NCBI GenBank assembly: GCA_054661495.1
Contig: BAAFSQ010000338.1
Location: forward strand, 1-9,968
DNA from: Zygophlyctis sp. KS116
Lineage: Eukaryota; Fungi; Chytridiomycota
Reading direction: 5' to 3'
DNA: 9,968 nt
Shown: in pieces, positions 1 to 7,754 of the stretch
How positions within the stretch are numbered: the first letter of the stretch is position 1
Layout: each line of letters opens with the position of its first letter
Position numbers and translations under genes: made by a program
Notes under the pieces: model-generated
Seen by the model: only the letters and a program-made list of their open reading frames with translations
Told to the model about the DNA's origin: nothing
Databases searched by the model: none

Positions 1-98
1 TAAAAAGAATTCCTAACTCTAACAAAATCTGCATCAGACGCCACTCAAAACAAAAAACAAAATCAGGGCGAGGGCCACCGTTTAAAAAAAAGTTTAAA

Positions 99-610
99 AT
101 GCCACATTCTTATGGTTTAAGAGCTAGAACAAGACACATGTTCTCTAGAAAATTCAGAGAAAAGGGAGTCATCCCCCTATCTACATACCTAAAGACATAC
201 AAGGTTGGAGATATAGTAGATGTAAAGGCTAATGGGGCGGTACACAAGGGAATGCCTCACAAGTTTTATCATGGGAAAACAGGAGTCATTTACAATGTTA
301 CTAAAACATCTGTTGGTGTTATCATGTACAAGGTGGTGCGATCTCGTTTTATAGAGAAGAGAATCAATGTTCGTATTGAACATGTAAAACATTCAAATTG
401 CCGTCTAGATTTCTTGAAAAGAGTAAAGCAAAATGCGGCAATGAAGGCAGAAGCAAAGGCAAAGGGAGGTAAATTTTTAAAGATTTTAATCAATTAGTTA
501 CAATTAATGTCAAGAGATTACCTGCTCAACCGAAACCTGCTCACTACGTTTCTTCAAATGGAAATGCCCCACTTACAATCTCACCTGTTCCTTATGAGGC
601 TCTGGTTTAA
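99..610 (+). CDS. RPL21: 60S ribosomal protein L21 (eL21); exons 99-468, 498-610; 160 aa
   Basis: [23 protein letters not shown]...[26 protein letters not shown]...[13 protein letters not shown] is eL21. Removing a 29-nt GT-AG intron (469-497) restores the C-terminus [19 protein letters not shown]...PVPYEALV*, with TAA at 608-610. Confidence 0.98.
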
Positions 611-656
611 AAACAGTTGAAAAAATATATTTGAAATTGAAATTCAATCAAGGATT

Positions 657-2553
657 TTATGACCATGTTTCTGATTTGATTCGTCCTGATCTCTCCATTA
701 TGGAATAGAAAGATTTTGCTTCTGATTGAGAGAGTCCATTGAGTTCAAAAATCTTGCAGAGACAAGTATAGACTGATTCAGGAATTTTAGAATTTCTAGG
801 TTATTAGAAGAGAAAATCACTTACCCTGATATGTATATATAAGCACCATTATTAATCCAACTCCAAATTAAATCTTCTTGTTCAAACAAGATGTCTTGAA
901 CGTAGATTTTGGATTCTTGATCACGAGAAAATGCAGTAAAAAGTGTCAAGTTTCCTGATTCTACTGCTTGTTCTAATTCTTGTCGATAAAGGTAGTCTTT
1001 AGCGGAATGACGGCATCCAAAAAATAATGCATTCTCTAAAATTAAAAAACTTGTTGAATAAAGGTACCTTTAGAACCTTTTCGAATTCTTTCCCATAGAA
1101 ATGATCGCATTGGGGCTATTCCAGTTCCTGGTCCAATAAGAATTAAAGGGGTGTTGATATCTTGTACAAGATTCAAAGTTCCTTTCTGGATTGTAAAATT
1201 AACAGTTTCATCAAGTTTCCAATCAGATATCCAAGAGGTACATACTCCACTTCTACGTTTTTTAAGAACTGTTTTATAATCTATAATAGCAACTGTCAAA
1301 TGAATAGAATTTAAATGATGAGAAGGAGATGATGAAATCGAAAAAGATCTTGGTTTCATAACTGGGAATATATCTAATAAATAGTCTAGAGGAATTTGAC
1401 AAGGAAAGTCTGACATTACTTCCAAAATAGTTCTTTTTGGAGCATAACAATACGAAAATAAATCATCTTGACCTTCAGATGATGCTAGTTCTTTAAGTCG
1501 CTCTGCATGTTGTTCTGATGCGGCGAAAAATGACAATAATTGAAAGAAATAACGGCGAGGCCTTCCACAAATGTCAAGGATATATGTGAATAAATAAGTT
1601 AATGTCATGACTTTTGGCCAATGACTCGGAGTTGACTGACCTATTATGAGAAATTTTAATATAATACCTAATATTTCTGCAACTACTGCAAATGGTTTGT
1701 GCGCCATACTTTCCAATCCCAATAATTGGATTATTTTCTCTACATTTTCAGATTTATTTTGAGGTCTTAGAATTAGTATATCACCAGGATTATATAGATA
1801 TTGAGCATTGCTGACATAAAGTTCCACATGTCTAACGTCTTGAAAGTGATCCAATGCTGTTAACCGGATATTTCTAGACACTTTTCCAATCAACTCATCA
1901 GAACTATGGACTGGACCAACCATTAAATCTGTGTCCGTATCTAAAAATTTGATGGTAAATGAAGGTGGGGCTAAAGTTAGCTTTTAAAAAGATTACGTAG
2001 ACTATCATCAGAAATAATCTCTAAACCAGGATCCAACTGCCACTTTTCTAGTATGCTGCTCCAAAGACCGCTTATCCAAGGCTGCAATGCTCCATCAACT
2101 CCTAAATCATGCTGGTCGTCACCATCTCCCCTCATAATAAGAGGATTACCACCCAATTGTATTAATCTTTTATATAACTTTTTTGCAGGGTAATTAAATC
2201 TATTCTTAAGAAATTATCATTCTTACTTTGAGTATGAAGAATCGCCACAACCAAAAACAGCAAAATGCAAGTCTGAAAGAACATTTTCTGGATGCTTTCT
2301 CAATAAAAATTTCCAGAATTTCTTGGTTATCAAGAATTTATGATTTTACCTTCATATTGTCCGGTTCGGATCCTTGTCCGGTTGTTGATGCAATAAACAC
2401 TGCTAGAGTTTCACTAGCTAGATCTCCCTTCTCATAATCATCCATAGATGAAATACAGACTTGAAAATGTCGATTTCGTCCTTGTCGAGCAATGCTGGAG
2501 GCGATCTCTGCTGCAGTGCCGGTTTGACTGCCATAAAGGATCAACAACTTCAT
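657..2553 (-). CDS. TAH18: NADPH-dependent diflavin oxidoreductase 1 (Tah18/NDOR1); exons 2553-2350, 2321-2227, 2199-1997, 1970-1668, 1640-1068, 1035-825, 795-657; about 575 aa
   Basis: Flavodoxin motifs LYGSQTGTA, STTGQG.EPDNMKKFWKFLLRK, FGCGDSSYSKFNYPAKKLYKRL and GDDQH. FAD/NADPH motifs HFQDVRH, PRSFSISS, IGPGTGIAPMRS, FFGCRH and AFSRDQ, ending in ETWS*. There is no N-terminal membrane anchor, which argues against cytochrome P450 reductase. Introns: 2349-2322 (28 nt), 2226-2200 (27), 1996-1971 (26), 1667-1641 (27, in-frame, less certain), 1067-1036 (32), 824-796 (29). Confidence 0.95.
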
Positions 2554-2641
2554 TTTCTCAGCCCTCAAAGGCCTTAACCCACTTCTATCGAAATCTTTTA
2601 TTTTGAAAACAAATCATCCAATCATTCCCTTAAAGAATCAT

Positions 2642-4403
2642 TTATTCGTCTCTTGGTCGCTTTGAAGGCCTTGACTCTAATCGTTAATACCAGTGAAATT
2701 ACTTGGTCCCCAATTAGGCGTAGGGTTTATTTGATGTCTTACCAGTTTGTTCTGTCTGGACAAAGCTATTGCATTTGGGTTTTTACTAAAATCAATGGTA
2801 TGACTATTATCAAAAAATCAATAATGATACCCTTGGTTCATGTGATAAATCTTGAATGCAGGAGACTCAGGCTTGAGATTCTTTTCGGTGATTGGATGGT
2901 TTTCTTTTGCCCACTGCTTCAATACATCCCAAACAAACAGCATAGGAGCATCTGTTTTTAAGCAGTATTTTCCCATATGTGTTTCTGAAACTCGATACCC
3001 ACCATTCAAAATTGCGGATCTAAGGTTAAAATTAAAGTTTGTACATAATTATTTCCTGGGGTGCTGCATTGCAATGTAAAACATTGTTTAGAGTAGGAAT
3101 ACAATAATAAAACGGTATGTCAGGAATTTCTTCAGATATAACTGAGAGCATACCCACCATTCGGTCATATGAACCAAATTGATTCTTTGATGAATTAGCA
3201 ACAACTCGAAGAATCACATCCAAAAAATCTGAATTATGAAGTGTTCCATTGTAAAAAGGTCCAGCAATCTAAATATGAGTAAATATTGTAAATTTACATG
3301 AAAAGGGCTTGCGCAAAATTCGCATTCCTTATTAACGGGAGGTCCACGTCCAGGAGAATATTTATGAGAATCATTTCCTTTCTTGTTCTTACCCACTACA
3401 TGCTTTCCCATTGGTTGTGAAGCATAGTTTTTACAGCTCCCGCAATAGTATAAAATTGAAGATTGGCTAAAATATAATCAATAATAAAGTAACTAACCTG
3501 GCATTCAGCTTTACAGCTTCTGGTTTCGTTTTGACCCGAACAAATATTCGAACATAATAGTCAATCGAGCAACATAACAATGGTTCTATTACTCTTTTGT
3601 ATCTAGCAGCACACGTAGCAACAGTATGAAGTAGTAATCTTATCCCTAGCTCATGACAAAAAGGAGTGCCTCGAATACATACTCCACCATACTTACTCCA
3701 ACAAATTTCAGATTGACCACCTGCTAAAACAGCCATATCGGTACATGTAATACACAGTAATCCACCTTCTGATACTGCTTGAACTGCCCCGTCTAAAAAC
3801 ATTGAAGAACTTCCAAATGGATCCAAATCAATAACATTGTAAAAATTGTTTGAAATCACTGATTGATAAAGAACATGCCTATAGTTAGAATATACTTTAC
3901 ATACAATGCATTTCCTTTATTCGACTCAACCCTGTCCTGGACATTATTCATAACAATATTCTCCTGAATTGCATCGACTGCATCAGAATCTAAATCATTT
4001 GCAACAATTTTTGAAACATTATATAGTTCATTTGCATAACGAATAGATCGAAGACCAGTCGCAGAAAGCCCTTCTAAAACAGTAAACTTTCTTTGTCTGC
4101 ATTCATCACTCTGAGGATCCAATATTGCAAAATTTGGCCTTGGTCTTTTCTCAAAGAGATGACTCAATACACCTGTTGATGCATCACCTTCTTTAAATTT
4201 CAAGTTTAGAGACTGTGCTACCGATAACAAGTGCCAAGCATTAATCGCACAAATCGACTATCATTACTATAATAAAAGTACCAAATCTCTATTAAATTCC
4301 TAATGACATTATGCATTGATAATCTTACCTGAATTTTATTATAAAATACAGACGATTTAGAAGAAATTGTGGCTGATCCTTCCTTTATATTATCTTCAGT
4401 CAT
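2642..4403 (-). CDS. TRM1: tRNA (guanine26-N2,N2)-dimethyltransferase Trm1; exons 4403-4329, 4299-4282, 4257-3905, 3878-3498, 3466-3298, 3268-3045, 3019-2831, 2803-2703, 2676-2642; about 514 aa
   Basis: The spliced product has VFYNKIQEFNRDLSI, LEGLSATGLRSIRYA, ANDLD, IDLDPFGS, GGLLCITCTD, SIDYYVRIFVRV, two CxxC motifs, KTDAP and NPTPNWGPK. It has eight GT-AG introns of 29, 24, 26, 31, 29, 25, 27 and 26 nt, and the spliced length (1545 nt) is divisible by 3. Confidence 0.96.
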
Positions 4404-4658
4404 TTCTTTTATCGTCGTCCAGACTAGGTTTAAGCCAAGGTCTACTTGTCAAATTCAGCACGGTGAAGTCATTGTTGAATATCATCAAGAATATTCAGTT
4501 ATTTTCAGCTCAATCTATAGGTTGATTATTAGAGAGTTGGTAGCGACAACCGGAACTTGAAATTGGTTGATCAGTTCTAAGCCTTTACAAGCAGGTAAAA
4601 TTTGACGTTTCCCTCAAGAAATTTTTCTCTGAACCCTTGCAGCGACAGATCAGTTCTC

Positions 4659-5994
4659 ATGAAGGTCAACTTGTTCCAGTTCCACAACAAGGCCTTAAGG
4701 CGGATGCTTCTGTTGGTAGCTACAGCAATGACTGCAGTCTTGATATTTTTTTCTTTTATAAATCATCTCCTAGGCCCCAAGATGCAGCATCGGCCCATGC
4801 TGCAATCTTTGCATTACTGGCCATTCGGAAATTCAAAGCCAAAACCGCCTTTTGGAGAAGGGAAATCTGTGAGAGAGATGCTCTCTGAGGAATTGGATTA
4901 TTCTCTGGATCAAGTGTCCTTTTTTCAGAAAAATGCAAACTATGTAAAGGCCAATGGGGTTTTTCTGGGATTAGTCCGAAACAGTGAACTGGATCAGATG
5001 ATACATACAGTCAAGCAGATTGAAAGCACATTTAACTCAAAGTATCATTATCCTTATCTATTTTTAAACGATGTTCCATTTACTGAAGAATTCAAGTTCA
5101 AAATCTCTTCATTAACAAATGCAAAGGTAGAGTTTGGCGTTATTCCAAAAGAGCATTGGTCGATTCCTGATTGGATAGATAAGGATCATTTTAAGGAGAG
5201 ATTGCAAACACTTCAAAAACAAGGGATTATTTATGGAGGATTAGAAAGTTACAGGCACATGTGTCGATATAATTCTGGATTTTTTTACAAACATCCAATG
5301 ATTCAAAAGTATGACTACTATTGGAGAGTAAGCAAATTTATATTAATGGTTAGATTGAGCCAGATGTAGATTATCCTTGTAATTTATCCTATGATCCATT
5401 TGCTTTCATGAAATTTTCAAAGAAAAAGTATGGATTCAACATTGTTGGAAATGAGTTTCAAGGAACAGTTGTTAATTTATGGAATGCAACCAAATCTTTT
5501 ACACATACTGCTAAATTTCTGGGACTATTTGGTTACAAGAATTATAATGGTATTCATTTCTGGTATTTTTTCTTTTTTAGATAATATTTTAGGAGTAATT
5601 TTGAGATTGGTGATCTAAACTGGTTTCGATCAAAGAGATATAATGATTATTTTAATCATTTAGATCGTACTGGGAATGTATGAATATTTATTAACATTAG
5701 TTTTTTTATGAAAGATGGGGCGATGCTCCCGTTCACTCTATAGCTGCAGGATTATTCTTGGATCCGTCCGAAGTACATTATTTCCTAGATATTGGATATA
5801 GACACTCTAACTCACTCACTTGTCCCATTGGAAAGGTTGTAGAGTCCAAAAAGTATAAACTCGATTGCAGTTGTGATATTGATCTTACTGATGACAAAGA
5901 CCATCAATGGGCATATATTTCATGGAGAAAACCAATTATGAATTATCTGAATTACATGAGAAAGTATAGGGAAGTCAGAAATAGATTTTTTTAA
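4659..5994 (+). CDS. KRE2/KTR-family (GT15) Golgi alpha-1,2-mannosyltransferase, type II membrane protein; exons 4659-5327, 5354-5562, 5593-5677, 5701-5994; about 418 aa
   Basis: N-terminal hydrophobic anchor MLLLVATAMTAVLIFFSFI. Family motifs LVRNSEL, YPYLFLNDVPFTEEFK, SYRHMCRYNSGFFYKHP, YYWRIEPD, HFWSNFEIGDL, FFYERWGDAPVHSIAA and DIGYRH. Introns: 5328-5353 (26 nt), 5563-5592 (30), 5678-5700 (23). The specific paralog cannot be assigned by eye. Confidence 0.95.
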
Positions 5995-6006
5995 TTCAAG
6001 TTGGTG

Positions 6007-6012
6007 AATAAA
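6007..6012 (+). terminator. Putative poly(A) signal AATAAA of the KTR gene
   Basis: AATAAA lies 12 nt after the TAA stop, in the 64-nt gap before RRB1. Confidence 0.4.
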
Positions 6013-6039
6013 TTTCATGTTTAGGAAAAATTGAGCAGA

Positions 6040-6050
6040 GAAAATTTTCA
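6040..6050 (-). promoter_or_regulatory. RRPE-like motif (TGAAAATTTTC) just upstream of RRB1
   Basis: Matches the fungal RRPE consensus TGAAAAWTTT on the minus strand, 8 nt before the ATG of a ribosome-biogenesis gene. The AT-rich background makes a chance match plausible. Confidence 0.3.
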
Positions 6051-6058
6051 ATCTGCAA

Positions 6059-7717
6059 ATGCCAGGGACAAAGAGGGAAGCACAGGATCAGTTATCTAAA
6101 GATGTTCATGAAGAAGTCCATGAAGAAGAAATGGATCTAGAGTTTGAGGATCCATGGGATGATGAATTCTCTGATGCATCGGTGGATCAGGAAGAATTGG
6201 AGCAGAATGATGAGGATCTTGCAGATATGGATGATGTAACAAATGAACAAGGTACAGCATTCAACTAATTTGAAAGATAATGCAAAGGTCTATCTTCCTG
6301 GGCAAAAGTTAGATGAAGGACAAGAATTGGTTGTCGATAACTCAGCATACGAAATGCTGCATCAAATGGGCGTTGAATGGCCTTGTCTTAGTTTTGATAT
6401 TTTAGCAGATAAGCTTGGAAGCACTCGATCATCATTCCCAATGACTACATATATGGTAACTGGGTCTCAAGCGGATACTGTAAAGAATAATTCATTATAT
6501 GTAATGAAGCTGTCACAGTTGCATCGGACAAAACATGATAACGACGATTCCGATGATTCTGATGATGATTTAGATGAAGATCCTATATTAGAATTTAAGC
6601 GAATTCCTCATGATGGTGGCGTTAATCGGATAAGGGTAAGTTGAAAAAGAAAAATCATGTTTTTAGATTATGCCGCACCCAGACTCGCATGTAGTCGCTG
6701 CATGGTCTGAATTGGGTACAGTCTCAATATATGATGTATCCAATCATGTTCAGTCTCTCGATACACCTGGCATTGTGGTTGATTCAAAATGTAAGCCTGT
6801 GCATCAGATCACCAATCATGGTTCTACTGAAGGATATGCATTAGACTGGTCAAGAGTACAAATTGGTCATTTGCTTTCTGGTGATACTCTAGGCAAAATT
6901 TTTCTGTCAAAGAAGACGGCCTCTGGATTTGTGACTGAATCTGATCCATTTGTCGGACATGTTGCTTCCGTAGAAGACCTTCAGTTTTCTCCTAATCAGG
7001 CTAATGTTTTTGCCTCTGCATCTGCGGATAAGACAATCAAAATATGGGATGCTCGCACTAAACCAAAACCTCAACTTAGTATTATAGCGCATGACAATGA
7101 CGTAAATGTGATAAGTTGGAACAGGTATGTAATAATTTTTTATTTTTCTTAAAGCTCTTGCGAATTTTTTTGGCAAAAGTTTTCTTTTGTCATTTTCAAC
7201 GGAGCGAAAAAAAATCGAAACTCCACGTTTCTTAGATGTTTGATATCTAAGTCTCACTAAATCATTCGATACATTCTTAAATATTTCAAATTAACACTCT
7301 AGATTAGTCGATTATTTAATGTCTTCCGGATCTGAATCTGGTGAATTTTCTGTTTGGGATTTAAGATCTTGGCCTAGCTCATCTGTAGAATCTCCTCCAT
7401 TATCTGCAGCTTCTTTCAAGTGGCATAGTAAAGCAATAACTTCTCTTGATTGGCATCCGAAAGAATCATCTGTTTTAGCAGTGTCGGGAGCTGATGATCA
7501 GGTTACTATTTGGGATTTGGCTCTTGAAAGGGATGCTGAAGAGGAAGCCACCTTAACCGGACTTGAAGGTGAATTGTCTAATGTACCACCACAGTTACTG
7601 TTTGTCCATCAAGGCCAAAAGTCTGTCAAGGAGATAAAATGGCACTCTCAAATTCCTGGAGTATTAATTACAACTGCATTCGATGGATTTAACGTTATTA
7701 AAACAATAAATAGTTAA
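6059..7717 (+). CDS. RRB1: Ribosome assembly WD40 protein Rrb1/GRWD1 (dedicated chaperone of uL3); exons 6059-6251, 6277-6635, 6667-7124, 7303-7717; about 474 aa
   Basis: Acidic N-terminus with EFEDPWDDEF, then AYEMLHQMGVEWPCLSFDIL, GGVNRIR, EGYALDWS, GHVASVEDLQFSP, DVNVISWN, DQVTIWDLALERD, PPQLLFVHQGQ and GFNVIKTINS*. Introns: 6252-6276 (25 nt), 6636-6666 (31), 7125-7302 (178). Confidence 0.96.
7125..7302 (+). other. 178-nt spliceosomal intron 3 of RRB1 (length outlier)
   Basis: AG|GTATGT donor at 7125, TTAAC branch-like motif at 7291-7295 and CTCTAG acceptor ending at 7302. Splicing joins ISWN-R-LVDYLMSSGSESG in frame. Confidence 0.9.
7151..7251 (+). ncRNA. Candidate structured intronic RNA element (three tandem hairpins), family unassigned
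   Basis: Hairpins folded by eye. 7151-7183: AAAGCU/AGUUUU plus UUGC/GCAA, U-rich loop. 7198-7229: AAC/GUU, GGAG/CUCC, CGA/UCG, A7 loop. 7231-7251: CUUAGAUGU/AUAUCUAAG. G-U pairs work on the + strand only. No match to a family I recognise. Confidence 0.4.
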
Positions 7718-7728
7718 GTTTTTTGTTT
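7705..7728 (+). terminator. Putative RRB1 poly(A) signal (AATAAA inside the last codons) plus downstream GU/U-rich tract
   Basis: AATAAA at 7705-7710 lies within ACA ATA AAT AGT TAA and is followed by GTTTTTTGTTT at 7718-7728. Confidence 0.35.
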
Positions 7729-7754
7729 CAAATTTTTAAGCCTAAACCGGTGAA

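Noticed and set aside
2554-4658. TTG starts proposed by the ORF track at 2568 and 4602
   Set aside because: This is a eukaryotic locus, and in-frame ATGs at 2553 and 4659 give family-typical N-termini.
6104-6127. Short tandem repeat GTYCATGAAGAA x2 and GAT-rich runs in RRB1/SQT1
   Set aside because: These are ordinary coding of acidic low-complexity regions typical of these proteins.
7146-7281. MITE-like insertion flanked by 8-bp direct repeats TTCTTAAA (7146-7153, 7274-7281)
   Set aside because: No terminal inverted repeats, the repeat is AT-rich and plausible by chance, and removal leaves a 50-nt intron that is still atypical. Not fully excluded; a genome self-BLAST would decide.
7125-7302. 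Known RNA classes in the long intron: C/D or H/ACA snoRNA, TPP riboswitch, hammerhead ribozyme, Sm snRNA, tRNA
   Set aside because: No RUGAUGA/CUGA pair. ACA is present at 7271-7273 but there is no ANANNA hinge after hairpin 1. No CUGAGA TPP core. GAAAC is present but CUGANGA is absent on both strands. The AAUUUUUUUGG Sm-like run sits in a hairpin with no other snRNA hallmark. No cloverleaf.
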